Shown piece after piece: positions 1-11,559 of a stretch of 64,000 nucleotides of DNA (position 1 is its first letter; each line of letters begins with the position of its first letter). This DNA comes from an uncultured delta proteobacterium (GTDB lineage Bacteria; Desulfobacterota; Binatia; UBA9968). The position numbers and the translations under genes were made by a program. The stretch lies in assembly GCA_963745835.1 (NCBI GenBank), contig CAVUZH010000018.1, positions 470,441 to 534,440 on the forward strand. Reading direction: 5' to 3'. Under the pieces are notes generated by a model. It was not told where the DNA came from and ran no database searches. It saw nothing but the letters and a program-made list of their open reading frames with translations.

Positions 1-2
1 TT

Positions 3-539
3 CATTTCACGCATCAGCTGGAGGTCGCCACTCCGGAGCATTTCCGCGTGTTCTGCGCTCCAATTATGTTTGGCTGTCCGGCCAATGCTTTTGTTGTCGA
101 GAGTGATTTTCTGAAGCGGGAGGTGCCGGCAGCGGACCCGCGGCTCTATCGCATACTGAAGCGTTACCTGGGACGTATGTTGAACGAGATGCCACGCGAA
201 GACGACCTACTTGCCGCCGTTCGACGCATGATTGGAGAAGCAATCCGGGATGCAGAGCCAAAACTTTCGCTCGCAGCAAAAAAACTTGGCATGAGCCCGC
301 GTCGCCTACAGAGGCGACTCCAAGAGTACGGACTGGACTTCAAGAGGCTAGTCGACGATACCCGCCAACGGTTGGCCCTCCAGTACATCAAGGAAGAAAA
401 GGACACTCTTACGCAAATCGCTTTCATGCTCGGCTACTCGGACGTCAGTGCGTTCAATCGAGCCTTCAAGCGCTGGACCGGCACAGCACCCTTGGAATAC
501 CGTCGTACCGTTGCGAAGCAAGCCAGCACATATGTCTAG
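3..539 (+). CDS. AraC-family transcriptional regulator (5'-truncated by window edge)
   Basis: Frame open from window start; C-terminal double HTH LGMSPRRLQRRL...IAFMLGYSDVSAFNRAFKRWTGTAPLEYR. Confidence 0.92.
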   Translation, partial: HFTHQLEVATPEHFRVFCAPIMFGCPANAFVVESDFLKREVPAADPRLYRILKRYLGRMLNEMPREDDLLAAVRRMIGEAIRDAEPKLSLAAKKLGMSPRRLQRRLQEYGLDFKRLVDDTRQRLALQYIKEEKDTLTQIAFMLGYSDVSAFNRAFKRWTGTAPLEYRRTVAKQASTYV

Positions 540-847
540 AGTCAAAAGTGACTTTGGGGGCGCCTGAGATAAAACTCAACGTCCTTCATGAAATGGAATT
601 CGAACGGCTAATCAGATTAATTCTCACTTAACCCTCACCGAAATCCGCCGTGATGATCAAGACTCCGGATTGCCATCCGCTCGTATCGAGGGAGTAGTCT
701 CGGAGAAAGTCGTCCGCTCGCGCCATTCGACTCAGGACCATCCTGAAACGATTCGCGAGATCAAGCGCATTTTGATCGAGCATCATTTCAGCGCTTTTGA
801 TCTTTTATTTGCTCTCGGCGAGAGGTCGCCGTATGTTTAGCCGGTAA

Positions 848-2443
848 GTGATTCGCTTTAGATTAGCGTTGAACACACGCGAAGAAAGCAGACGCGATAC
901 GAGGTTTTCGGTGTGGGACTGCGTCGACCATTTTAAGCTCGCAATTTCAGTTTTCCGAGGTGCACTCGTGAAGCACGCTTTCGTTACTTCGCAAAAACAA
1001 AGCTGCACAATTGGCAATGGGGCAGTAGCCACAAGCTACCGGCAGTCGGTTCGAGATAAAGCAGAACGAGCTTCTCCCACTATCAAGACTCAGAGGGGGC
1101 GCAGTTTTCGGACCGGCAGCCTCTTGGCTGTTTTTGCGATATTCGTAGTGTTTGCCGGCTGTACAGCCGTTGAAGAAGCTCAGCAGGGCGTGAGAGGTAT
1201 TTTTACACCTCTTTCGATGGGTGCTGCAAAAAAGACTACAAAGCGCGCCGACCAGATCACCCAAGAAGAGTTGGATCAGCTCACTTTAGGGTTCTCAGAT
1301 CGCTATCTCACCTATATTGGGTCGGCGATGGGAGCGATCGAACGTGACAATGCCGATGCCGCGCAGCGCCGCCGTGCGCACCAGGTAAGGCTGGTACAAG
1401 TCAGCGCCATTTACGATATTGTCACCAACGCCGATCCGTTTACGCGTCTTATGGATCTCGTCCTGACGGTAACGCTCCAAAGCCAAACTTGGATCGAGGA
1501 TGACCAGGCCGAAAAATGGTTCGGCGCGCGCGCCCGGCCGCTCATTAATGCCTCGCGCAAAGCGCGAGAGGACATTTGGCAGATCGCGGCGCGTGCCATG
1601 ACTACCGACCAACTCGAAGTCCTCGATTATCTCATTTGGGACTGGCGCCAGCAAAACCCAGGCATCGAGATTGTCTCCTATGTTCGCTTCGACGACGTCG
1701 CCGCAGCACGCGGTAAATCAATCGTCGCCGACGTCAAGAGCGGAACCGGCTTGCTCGCACCCGTCGGGGAAGCGACCAAAGCAGTTGACGAAACAAGAAT
1801 GTTGGCCGAGCGCGCATTCTTCTATGTTAAGCGTTTGCCGTTCTTATTAAATTGGCAGGTGCGCTTGGCGGTCGAGGACGTCTTGGGACAGTCGGAAATC
1901 CAGGAAATGTCCCGGGGATTGCTGGGCGTTACCCGTATGGTCGAAAAGCTGCCTCAGGATATCGCTCGCGAGCGCGAGGCGTTGCTGGCGACTCTCAAGA
2001 GGGAACAGCCCCTGTTTAATGCGCTCTCGTCACAGTACCGTGGCGCCGTCGGTGACACGACAACTCTGGTGGGCAGCCTTACTGACTTTGCCGACACGAG
2101 CCAGCAAACTTTGGCGGAATTCAATGAACTCGTCAAAACAATTAACAAAGACGGACGGCCGTTCGACATCCGTGAATATGGCGCAACACTCGATAAGCTG
2201 ACTGCCGCTCTCCAGCAAGCCGATCGCTTAGCGGGAACAGGCTTGGCCGTGGCGCAAACCGCTCAGCCACAAAGTCTCACCGAACTCATGAAGGGCGGAT
2301 CGCAGCAGACGGAGACATTGGCGGCGCGAATCCTCGATACAGCATTCTGGCGCGGCTTCGCGCTCATGGTTGTCTTCTTTGCCATGCTCGCCCTCTATCG
2401 TCTGTTCTGCCTGTTGATTGATCGGCGCGGGAAGACTCAATGA
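848..2443 (+). CDS. Uncharacterised predicted lipoprotein with helical body and C-terminal TM helix (true start probably downstream of 848)
   Basis: 531-aa ORF; hydrophobic stretch ending FAG-C (lipobox-like); C-terminal hydrophobic helix plus basic tail; stop overlaps next start (ATGA). Confidence 0.7.
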   Translation: MIRFRLALNTREESRRDTRFSVWDCVDHFKLAISVFRGALVKHAFVTSQKQSCTIGNGAVATSYRQSVRDKAERASPTIKTQRGRSFRTGSLLAVFAIFVVFAGCTAVEEAQQGVRGIFTPLSMGAAKKTTKRADQITQEELDQLTLGFSDRYLTYIGSAMGAIERDNADAAQRRRAHQVRLVQVSAIYDIVTNADPFTRLMDLVLTVTLQSQTWIEDDQAEKWFGARARPLINASRKAREDIWQIAARAMTTDQLEVLDYLIWDWRQQNPGIEIVSYVRFDDVAAARGKSIVADVKSGTGLLAPVGEATKAVDETRMLAERAFFYVKRLPFLLNWQVRLAVEDVLGQSEIQEMSRGLLGVTRMVEKLPQDIAREREALLATLKREQPLFNALSSQYRGAVGDTTTLVGSLTDFADTSQQTLAEFNELVKTINKDGRPFDIREYGATLDKLTAALQQADRLAGTGLAVAQTAQPQSLTELMKGGSQQTETLAARILDTAFWRGFALMVVFFAMLALYRLFCLLIDRRGKTQ

Positions 2444-3414
2444 AAGCAGCTTTTCTTGCCGTGGCGCTCCTCTCATGCGCAACTGCCGCGCCGGCGGCGG
2501 AAATAACACGACCCGCCATCGTCGATCCCGAAGTGGCGGACTATCAGCGCAGTGACAAAATGGAGGGCGTGCTCCGGGCGGTGGGTTCCTCGACGCTGTC
2601 AAATCTGCTGTTCCGTTGGGGAGCGGAGTTCCGCCGTCTGTATCCGACAGTCGATTTGCAGATCACTGGAGGAGGCTCTGAAACGGCAGTTCCCGCGCTT
2701 CTGAGCGGCGGTGCTGAACTCGGACCCATGAGCCGGCCGATGAGCGACGCCGAGGTGGAGAGATTCCGTGTCAAGTTCGGATACTTGCCGACACGGCTGA
2801 CGGTAGCGATGGACGCGATCGCCGTTTACGTCAATAAGCACAATCCTCTCTCGCGTATCAGCTTTCGGGAGCTGGATGCGATATTTTCCGACACCCGGAA
2901 GCGAGGCGGGTCGCCGATTCGCACCTGGAATCAGATGGGACTTAGCGGCGAATGGATTGGCCGGCCGATTCTCTTAAAGGGGCCGTCGCCGCTGCAAGGA
3001 CTGTACAGTATCTTTCGCTCATCGGTTCTTAACGGGGGTACGTACCGTTTAGCCATGCGGCCTGAACCCGTCGCCTCATCCATCGTTCAGGCAGTTGCAA
3101 CAGAAGACAACGCGATCGGATTTGCCAGCCATTTTCTCGCAGCTGCGCGCACGAAGACGCTCGCCATTGCCCAAAATGACGCTGGCCCCTATGTTTTGCC
3201 CACGGCTGAGCATTCGGGCGACGGCAGTTACCCGCTGGCACGCAAACTCTTTATTTACGTAAACCGAGCGCCCGGAATGGCTCTAAGTCCCCTCACCCGC
3301 GAGTTCCTGCGCTTTATCTGTTCAGCGCAAGGGCAGGAGATCACCGCTCTTGGTGGAAATTTTCCGCTCGGTGCGAATCTGGCAGGGCGGGAATGTGCCA
3401 TGATGATCGAGTGA
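2440..3414 (+). CDS. pstS: PstS-family phosphate-binding protein
   Basis: Signal peptide; VGSSTL, GGSETA, GPMSRPM, MDAIAVYVN, YPLARKLFIYVN motifs. Confidence 0.85.
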   Translation: MKAAFLAVALLSCATAAPAAEITRPAIVDPEVADYQRSDKMEGVLRAVGSSTLSNLLFRWGAEFRRLYPTVDLQITGGGSETAVPALLSGGAELGPMSRPMSDAEVERFRVKFGYLPTRLTVAMDAIAVYVNKHNPLSRISFRELDAIFSDTRKRGGSPIRTWNQMGLSGEWIGRPILLKGPSPLQGLYSIFRSSVLNGGTYRLAMRPEPVASSIVQAVATEDNAIGFASHFLAAARTKTLAIAQNDAGPYVLPTAEHSGDGSYPLARKLFIYVNRAPGMALSPLTREFLRFICSAQGQEITALGGNFPLGANLAGRECAMMIE

Positions 3415-3543
3415 GTAAGTGGAGTAGGTTTACCCCGCTTGAGCGGCTCACATTGAGAAATGCATTTTTTCGACAGCTCATGAAGGGATGATGTCAGCAT
3501 CTTCAGAGACGCATTTCTCAGAACGGACGTGATTTCGAGAAGC

Positions 3544-3578
3544 AAGGCGTGCAGGATACAACCCGCGCGCCTTTTTTT
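3544..3578 (+). terminator. Intrinsic terminator
   Basis: aaggcgtgcagg-atacaa-cccgcgcgcctt stem followed by a T run, between convergent genes. Confidence 0.6.
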
Positions 3579-3641
3579 ATTTTAACTGCGCTGCCTCGAT
3601 CTAACCTTGCTCGCGATAGCCTCCGTTAATCCATAAACCGG

Positions 3642-4133
3642 CTAGGGCGAGAGCCCTTGGCTTGCAGTGCTGATAGTATCGCCTACCCGAATGATTCCGC
3701 CGCGCACGACATCGGCACGCAAGCCGCCGCGATGAATCAATCCGCGCATAACGCCTTTGACCGTAAGTTTTTCCAAATGCGCGCAGGGTTCGCACAGCCT
3801 GGTGCCGCGTAGCACCGCCTCGCCGACGGCAAATTCTCGATCGATAAGATGATTGAGCCCCACTCCTCGAGTCACGATGTTGCGCCTGGCTTGCGCAGCA
3901 TCGATGTCGATCCCATATTCTCGTCCCAAAGCCTCGATGGCTTCGATTTCGATCAAGGTCACTTCCCGGCCGGTGCCGGGAGTTTTGCTGTAAGTGCCGG
4001 TTTTGAGATAGTAGCGATCCCCTTCCAGTCCCTTGCCGGCGGTGGCCTGGATCTCTCCGAGTGAGATGATCGGGGCGGCCCCAGCAAAAGCGATATGGAT
4101 CGATGAAACGGCGCCTGTCACGATTATGGTCAA
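3642..4133 (-). CDS. MOSC domain protein
   Basis: GLEGDRY, ARRNIVTRG, RLCEPCAHL, GGLRADVVRGGIIRVGD. Confidence 0.9.
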   Translation of the reverse strand: MTIIVTGAVSSIHIAFAGAAPIISLGEIQATAGKGLEGDRYYLKTGTYSKTPGTGREVTLIEIEAIEALGREYGIDIDAAQARRNIVTRGVGLNHLIDREFAVGEAVLRGTRLCEPCAHLEKLTVKGVMRGLIHRGGLRADVVRGGIIRVGDTISTASQGLSP

Positions 4134-4990
4134 TTCTGTTTGCGTGCCAGCAGCGCGTTTATATCGGGCGTCTGCATCCCTTCCTTCAGCAGATTACATG
4201 TGCCCTTTTCCAGAATCTCTTGAGCCAATCGCCGGGTGGCGGTGATCGCAGCCTTGGTGAAGCCCGATCCGTAGCTGACCCGCGCCACGCCCAGGTCTTG
4301 TAGTTGTTGAACGCTGGGCGACTGCGGGCCGGCGAGGATACTGATCGGCGCCTTAACCTCTTTGGCTAAGCGCCCGATAATCTCGGCCGAATGGAGGAAG
4401 AGGTAAAAAATGCAGTCGGCTCCCGCTTCGGCGTAGGCATTGCCGCGTTCGATCGCTTCATCAACCGCTTTCTTTGGGTTGTCGGTGATCACGTGGAAGG
4501 AATCGACACGGGCATTGAGAAAAAACTCGCTGCCCAATTCGCGTTTGACGTCGATGACTGCTTTGATCTTGCGCAGTTGTTCCGAGATCTCGACCAATCC
4601 GCCTTTTCCTTTCGCCGCGCCGTCTTCGAGATTCATGCCGGCGACACCCCGCGCCACCAACCCACGCACCGTATCCCTTACGCCGTTCTCGTCACCGTAG
4701 CCCCTCTCACCGTCGGCATTGAACGGGACGTTCACGGCCGCCGCGAAATTGCCGCTTAGCTCAATAAACTGATCGCGGCGCATCGCTTCACCATCCAAAT
4801 AACCGACAGCCGCAGCGATGCCGCCGCTGGTGCCCTGAATCGCCTTGAAACCCATTTGCGCGAATAGCAGCGCGCTGAGAACGTCATAGGCCCCCGGCAT
4901 GATGAGAATTTCCGGCGCGCGCACCAGTTCCCTGAGTCTGCGGCTTTTTTCGTTCGCTGTGGTTAGTGTTGAAGCTGGAATTGCCTCCAT
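4130..4990 (-). CDS. Isocitrate lyase/PEP mutase family protein
   Basis: PGAYDVLSA, ADGERGYG, GMNLEDG, LNARVD, AYAEAGADCIF; AGGAGG RBS. Confidence 0.9.
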   Translation of the reverse strand: MEAIPASTLTTANEKSRRLRELVRAPEILIMPGAYDVLSALLFAQMGFKAIQGTSGGIAAAVGYLDGEAMRRDQFIELSGNFAAAVNVPFNADGERGYGDENGVRDTVRGLVARGVAGMNLEDGAAKGKGGLVEISEQLRKIKAVIDVKRELGSEFFLNARVDSFHVITDNPKKAVDEAIERGNAYAEAGADCIFYLFLHSAEIIGRLAKEVKAPISILAGPQSPSVQQLQDLGVARVSYGSGFTKAAITATRRLAQEILEKGTCNLLKEGMQTPDINALLARKQN

Positions 4991-5347
4991 GCTGATCCTC
5001 CTTCTAACGATTTAAAACGGCATGAACAATTTGAACGCCTAATTGATGATTCGCATCCTAAGTCGGAACAACACATTCTCGCAAGAGGCAGAGAGCTACT
5101 GTCAACTCGTTTGCAGAGTTGTTCGATCTCGCGCGAGTTCTGCGCGCAGTTCTTTTTTCTTGTGCTCATGACCTGCGGATATTTCGCACGTAGGTAATTC
5201 GTTGCTCGTCCGGTTATATTAGTCCGGCGAACGGGAACGTGATTACCGTTAGTTTACGAGTTTGTTCGAGCGTTGACATGCGATAAAGCTATCGGATAGG
5301 TTTTCAGACTAAGGATCGGACTGACTTAAAGATAAAGGAGGCCGCCG

Positions 5348-5818
5348 ATGTCGAAGATCAGAGGGATAAGCCACGTTGTGCTCTACGTCAATGACCTGGA
5401 CAGAATGGTCGCTTTCTACCGTGACATGCTCGGGCTGATCGAGTATCGGGAGAACCCCGGTCGAATGGTTTTCCTAACCCCGGATCCGGACATCGACGAC
5501 CACCAAATCGCACTGGCTAAAGGACGAGAAGGCGACGCCAAGCTCATCGGTCACATCGCGTGGAGCGTCGATAGCCCCGCCGACGTCAAGGCATTCTATG
5601 AGAAGTTCAAGGCCGCAGGAGTGCCCATCGATCACTGTGTCAGTCATGCATACCAGGAAATGGGAAATACCGTCTCCTGTTATTTCCTTGATCCGGAAGG
5701 CAACTGTCTAGAGATCTATGCTCTCGTGGCGGAGCGCGACCAGGCGCGCATCAATCGGCCTCTCGATTTAGACAAGAGCGTGGATGAGATTGTCGCCCAG
5801 GCCAGCGGGCTCGGCTAA
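5348..5818 (+). CDS. VOC/glyoxalase family protein
   Basis: ISHVVLYVNDLDRMVAFYRDMLGL, GHIAWSV, YFLDPEGNCLEI; AAGGAGG RBS. Confidence 0.9.
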   Translation: MSKIRGISHVVLYVNDLDRMVAFYRDMLGLIEYRENPGRMVFLTPDPDIDDHQIALAKGREGDAKLIGHIAWSVDSPADVKAFYEKFKAAGVPIDHCVSHAYQEMGNTVSCYFLDPEGNCLEIYALVAERDQARINRPLDLDKSVDEIVAQASGLG

Positions 5819-5895
5819 GGTTCAGCATTGCTATTCCAATTTCAAAACTGTCATTACGCACGCCGGCTCTATCCGACTTTGAATAGCGAGCATGC

Positions 5896-5947
5896 GCGAG
5901 CGGTTGAACGGTTGAACCTTGAACAAATTGCCGGCCCTTGAACGAAC
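5896..5947. repeat. Short TTGAAC tandem repeat patch (REP-like)
   Basis: gagcggttgaacggttgaaccttgaac...cttgaac; reverse-complement relative at 36988-37020. Confidence 0.5.
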
Positions 5948-6008
5948 ACTGATCTTGGATCCAGACTTTATTTGAGGTAACTAAAGATCAGGAAGGGATT
6001 TAAGCCTG

Positions 6009-6329
6009 ATGAAACAGACCTGCTTTGTCTGCCAAAACGTTGATTGCCAGAGCCGGGGCTCTGAAGAGCTCATGAAGGAGCTCACCACTGAGGTGGCGGC
6101 AAAATCCATTGATGCCGAGGTTAAGTCATACATCTGCTTCGGCGGCTGTGATATCGGACCTAACATTGTCGTCCATCCGCAAAAAGTCTGGTATGCCGGC
6201 GTAACGAAAGAGGATGTGCCGGAGATAGTCGCTGCCCTAGCAAGCGGCGCCACGGTTACACGGCTCGACAGCGCAGACCCGGCGTTGAAAGAGATCGTAT
6301 TTTCGCTTCTGGATGCCGGGGTGTTTTAA
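6009..6329 (+). CDS. Thioredoxin-like [2Fe-2S] ferredoxin
   Basis: VCQNVDCQSRGS, CFGGCDIGPNIVVHP, WYAGVTKEDVPEIV. Confidence 0.88.
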   Translation: MKQTCFVCQNVDCQSRGSEELMKELTTEVAAKSIDAEVKSYICFGGCDIGPNIVVHPQKVWYAGVTKEDVPEIVAALASGATVTRLDSADPALKEIVFSLLDAGVF

Positions 6330-6533
6330 AGGGCTTCCCGCCTCAGCGCCGAGCAGATGGCGGCTCACAGCTACCATCATCGTGCCGGCAGGAACGATCG
6401 AAACCTTGCTCTTTCTCTGATTATCGCTAGGGTCGGATCTATGCGATGAGATTCCCCGCTCGAATACCATCAGATTTGTTTCAGGCCGAGTAACCTCTGT
6501 TTCCGCCATGCAGGAAGGCCCGCCGCCTCACGT

Positions 6534-7235
6534 CTATTGACAGAGGTATTGTGTAAACTCGCGCTCTGGACTGCCCCCATCCGCTGTGACCAGAAAGTTG
6601 CCGTCGGACTCGCGCACCACAATCACGCCGTAAGTGTGGAGCCCAAGTCTCGCAGCATGGCGCTTTGCGGCGTCCCAGACATCCTCGAGGCGTTCGACAC
6701 GCAATGGAGTTCGGCTCGCGAGTCTCTGCCGCGCGTCTTGCCGGAGCCGCACGAGGTGGATATGAAGATGATCCTGAGAGCGCAGGGAAGCTGGATTGAC
6801 TACGAGCCCGATTCCCGTCTCTTCAGGAATCCGCTGGCGAGCGACTGCCCAGGCAAACGGCCAGATGCCCGCGGGCCGCTGGCTATCTTCGACACCGGAG
6901 ACGGCTACCCGTGCCATCGCCAAGCCGTGCACAAAACCCGCCGGACACCCGCACATTTTGATATCGCGGATGGCCACGTAATCGTCCGTCTGTGCCCAAA
7001 CCTCCGAGGTCCGGCTACACTCGTCATTCATCGCGCATTGACCAGACAAGGGAGCAGGGCACCGGACACAGTAGTCAGGTATTGAGGAGTCGAGGCAGTG
7101 GGCCACAATCTCATAGAGTATGTTCCGTGAGGGTTGCCCGGCCACACCGCTATGGGACCCCATCGCTAGAAAGATAATCAAAAGGATCACTAACATACCC
7201 GCTCTCCCCTTCACTCTGACGACACAGTCGCTCAA
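6534..7235 (-). CDS. cdh: CDP-diacylglycerol pyrophosphatase family (HIT-like); start may be 7196
   Basis: N-terminal hydrophobic anchor; VSGVED, WPFAW, GLVVNP, RSQDHLHIH. Confidence 0.7.
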   Translation of the reverse strand: MSDCVVRVKGRAGMLVILLIIFLAMGSHSGVAGQPSRNILYEIVAHCLDSSIPDYCVRCPAPLSGQCAMNDECSRTSEVWAQTDDYVAIRDIKMCGCPAGFVHGLAMARVAVSGVEDSQRPAGIWPFAWAVARQRIPEETGIGLVVNPASLRSQDHLHIHLVRLRQDARQRLASRTPLRVERLEDVWDAAKRHAARLGLHTYGVIVVRESDGNFLVTADGGSPEREFTQYLCQ

Positions 7236-7783
7236 TTCGAAGCATCTGCTTTCAATAATCCATCATCAAACCTGGCATGAGACGCTCACAACATTAATGG
7301 GCAGCTAAGTTTCGATCCGCAATTCATATTCTACTAGAACACATAGGAAGGGTAACGCCGGATCTGGCTTTTTATTCTTAAGAATCTTTTAGGGGAGTTT
7401 CCGTAATCTCAACCTTGCGCGTTTCGACAATGAGAGAATAGTGTCTGACATAGGCTATTGTTATAACTTTAGGACAGATCAAAAAGTTCGCCTGACACCG
7501 ACCTCATTCCCTGGATTTGCAGATGATCGTAGGCGCGGAAAAGCCCATTAATAGGTGGTAACTGAAAAAGACATCAGCTAATAGGCAAAGTAGCGGAAGA
7601 CATCTAAGTATCCAGCGACGGTCGGATGCTGTTCATCAGAACAGGAGAGCTGGAGTTTTGCCAGTTGCCGTGTCGTCGATTCTACCTTTTTTTAGCGCTT
7701 CACCTGATGGTATTCAACAAAGTATGCCAGTAGGAACAATTCTCGGGATGTCTCAGCGCGTAACCAGAATCAAACCGAAAGGC

Positions 7784-8494
7784 ATGAACCTCCTGCTCCT
7801 TCGCATTGCACTCGTCGGTGCTTTCATATCAGTTACCGTAGTCTCCTCGTTTGCAGGTCATCCACTGATGAACGATGACGCTCGTACCGTCGATGCAAAG
7901 GCGTGTCAGATTGAATCCTGGATGGAACTTCGTTCGGATAGCGCAACCTATTGGATCCTTCCGGCCTGCAATTTCACAGGAAATCTCGAGCTAACTGTGG
8001 GAGGCGCATGGACGCATGAAGCCCACAGCACACGGAACAGCCAAGTAGTGCTTCAAGGGAAATCTATCTTCAAGTCATTGGATACGAATGGGTGGGGTCT
8101 TGGAATAGCTGCTGGTACGCTATGGTATCCTAAAGGCAAGTCAAACAATCGGCCATATGGCCTCTACGCTTATCTCCCGGCTAGCTTTTCGTTCAAGGAC
8201 GATAGAATCATCATTCACGGCAACCTCGGTTGGACGCGTGAAAGTGCAGAGCGGGTGAATCACTTACAATGGGGGTTAGCTACCGAAGCGGAAGTCATAA
8301 AGCCTTTGTCCTTATTCGCTGAAGTCTTCGGACAAGAACGAGGTCATCCCTCCTTTCAACTCGGATTCTGGTATTGGATCGTATCTGAACGGGTGCAGGT
8401 AAACGCCGCCTACGGGAATCGCTTCGGAACTGGCGGAGGTGCAAACTGGTTTTCGGTAGGGGTTAATTTATTTAGCGTACCGTTTTTACCGTGA
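7784..8494 (+). CDS. Predicted outer-membrane beta-barrel protein
   Basis: Signal peptide ending SFA; amphipathic aromatic-rich beta strands; terminal WFSVGVNLF. Confidence 0.65.
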   Translation: MNLLLLRIALVGAFISVTVVSSFAGHPLMNDDARTVDAKACQIESWMELRSDSATYWILPACNFTGNLELTVGGAWTHEAHSTRNSQVVLQGKSIFKSLDTNGWGLGIAAGTLWYPKGKSNNRPYGLYAYLPASFSFKDDRIIIHGNLGWTRESAERVNHLQWGLATEAEVIKPLSLFAEVFGQERGHPSFQLGFWYWIVSERVQVNAAYGNRFGTGGGANWFSVGVNLFSVPFLP

Positions 8495-8972
8495 CTGAAT
8501 TGGGGCACGCCTGACAAGTTTGGCCGCCTGCATTTGATAAATATGCTGAGAGTGACGACGACGAGGATAAGCCCATCGCGTAGTCACTGAACAAAGAATT
8601 TCGTAGGTCCTTCTAAGTTATTCGAGCTGCGAAGAAAATCAGTACGACTGTATCATTTGAGAATTAGTTAAAAAGCCGGCACGCTGTGGCCGCTCGGCCG
8701 TGCCGCTCCTGGATCACAAGGCGCGGTTCACGCGCGACACAGTCACAATGGAATGGTCCGCTATGGCGCTGTTCGAAATTACACTCACTACTCTGAAGAA
8801 GTGTCTACGGAACCGCCGAGGTCGGCCGTAGGAGGCGCGTGTTTGGTGTAGGGTTTTCGATCTTTGCCCACATTTCCTTGAGGCTTCTGCCTCGATGATC
8901 ATTTCATCTCGTCAGGCGTCATGCCTATGCAGACTCAGCCAATTCGCATTTATCACAAGTACAGAAGGACGG

Positions 8973-11559
8973 TTAGGGACGCATCCTAGGGTTCCTAAGT
9001 TCTTCGCCTATCACTAGTTTTCTGATGGCAATCTCAATTAGGAACAGGGCCAACAGAATAACGATTATCGTATTCCTTAACGGCTGTTCAGTTCTTATCG
9101 AGATTTGTTTTTCCTGGGTCTCAATGGATCTTGGGTTAATTTCGCCGCCGCTGATCTGGGCCAGCTTGGTAAGCAACGGCAAGTTTACGTCGGGACGTGG
9201 CAACTCACGCTTGGGATCGTAAGTGGAGGTAAAGCCCACCGGGGGGTATGCGATTTTGCGGCCCCTTCGGTCTTCGGTGAGGTCGATCCGGTGTTCGCCA
9301 GGTGCCAACATCGGCAAGACAGCCTGAAAATGACCGGGAGCAATTTTTTTGAGTGTTCCATCGGTCTTAGTTCCGTTTCCACTTGCGGCGAAGCGAAACT
9401 GGCTCTCTAAACCCGTGTCCTCAAATATATAGAGATCCAATACGGGCTGGGAACCGGCTAAGACTGATCCTCGTTTCGTGGACAGGTGTGGGGGTATCGG
9501 TGCTCGGTCGGATCCACTCCAGGATCTTTTCCCAAAAATCCGGCAAGCTTCCCCATTGAATCCATGCCCGACTCCACCGGCCTTCGAGGTCGGTTGTCAG
9601 TGCAACGGTTTTGCCACGGCCATACTTCCATGACGCGAGTAGGGGAGCTTTTCGATCCTCCCTGGGGATGAAAAGATCCAAGTGGGCGCCGCGCTTGAGG
9701 TCGGTTTCGATAAAACCTCGGAGAGAAGGATAAGCTTTAGGTGAGAATCCCGCCAGCAGTTCCGAACCCTTTTCTTGGACTGGTGTGAAGTCACGTTCCG
9801 GTGGCGGCGGTTCGTCTTTTTGCTTCTCCTGAATCCGCTGCAAGACGATTTGAGGAAGACTGGTAGGATCATAAGTGTGATGGAAGAAGCCACCGCCGTA
9901 CTGGGCAATTCTTTTTAGCAGCGGTATGTTTGCTTCCGCGCCGATGGCGATGGCCGACACGGTAATGTTCTGTTCCGCCCTCATGACCGTAACCAAATCG
10001 ATAAAGTCGCCGCCGCTGCCGCCGGTTTCGCCGTCGCTGAGAATAATGACATGTTTATGGCCGGCAGTTTGTCTTTCCAGTTGTCGTTTGGCTTCGATGA
10101 TGGCCGGCAACATTACGGTTCGGCCGCCGGGTTTTAACCTATCGATCTGGCTATTGAAAGAGCCTTTTATGCTGCCAACGCTGGCAAGCGGGACGACTAC
10201 AAACGGGTCAACGTCGAAACCAACAACGCCGAGGAGATCATTGTCTTTCAACTGCCGAGCGACAGCTTTAGCCGCCTCTTGAGCATACAAAATTCGATTA
10301 TCCTCCCGCATGCTGCCGGATTTATCGATGACCAGGACGATTGCGCGGTTTTTTTCCTCGTGTTTGGGTGGATCTTTGAACTGCACCGGCAAGATCGTTT
10401 CGATAGGAGTGCCCCGATAACCTCCAGGTGCAAAGCTCCAGTCACCGCCGAGCATCACGAAACCATTGCCGTTGCTCACCTGTTGTTCGATAGAAGTGAG
10501 ATAGGTTGGCGAGAGTTTTTCCTTTTCGACGTTGTTAAGAATTACGACGTTGAAGCCATTGGGCGACGGTGGCGATTCTGTCATGCGTGAGGTTACTTCG
10601 AAACCTCGGCGCCGGAGAATTTCTTCAAGATATTTTCCGCCCTCACTTCGGCCGCTGACAATTAAAACCTTTCCCTTACTGCGCACGCTGATCCAGGCCA
10701 GCGCGTGATTGTCGGGTTCAATTTGATCCAATCGAGGTTGACGAGGTGTGAAGCTGGCGCGATAAGAGGTGAGAGCGCCTTCCGTGAGGGTGGTCTGATA
10801 AGAAAGAATCTGACTGCCGGGATTCAGTTTGACGGCATCGGTTTTAAATGTCTCGCCATTGCGGGTCAACGTCAAAATCCCGTCGACTTCACGACCAGTG
10901 TGGTTCTCCAGTATGACCTTAATGTTGACAGCTTCACCGGTATTACCATGTGTCGGGACAACGACTTTGGTTACGGTCACATTGGCAACGTTCATGCGCT
11001 GCGAAGGGACGATGGGATAAACCTTCAAGCCCGAGCTCGCGATGGCGGGCAATATTATTTCGAGATTGCCTTGGGTTTCCCACCCATCGGTGAACAAGTA
11101 GAGACTACGCGGCACAGGCGGTAAGGACAGAAAAGTTTCAAAGAGCTTCTGAAGATCGGTATTTTCCGGCTTGATGGCGTCTTGCTGGGACGGACCATTC
11201 TTGATCGTTTCACGCCAATTGCCGGTTTCCTTTGCATCGGCAGCGAATATAAATGTGCGATCGGCGCGAGTGGGCTCAAGCAAACCTTGAGTTGAGCTAT
11301 TCATCCATTGACGCATGCTGGTTGGAATGCTGCTGGATAGATCAAAAGCGAAGATTCGCTCTTCTCTTTCGCTCTTGGACTGATTGGTAACAAATTGCGG
11401 ATCGGCTAAGACACATACCAGCAACCCCAGTATCAGCGTGCGCGAAGCCAAGACAAAGAAGCTACGTCGACGGAGCAAAAGCCAAAGCAGCGGCAGTGCA
11501 ATCAGCAGCCAAAAGAACCATGGCTTGACGAACTGAAGGTGCTCAATCAATTCTTTCAT
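8973..11559 (-). CDS. Membrane-anchored vWA + GATase1-like protein, split by a +1 frameshift near 9456
   Basis: ORFs 9421-11559 and 8973-9440 join (..SLS/GSQPVLDLYIFE..); MIDAS DKSGSM, ILSDG, N-terminal DLSSS; WKYGRGKTVALTTD; C-terminal TM helix. Confidence 0.8.
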
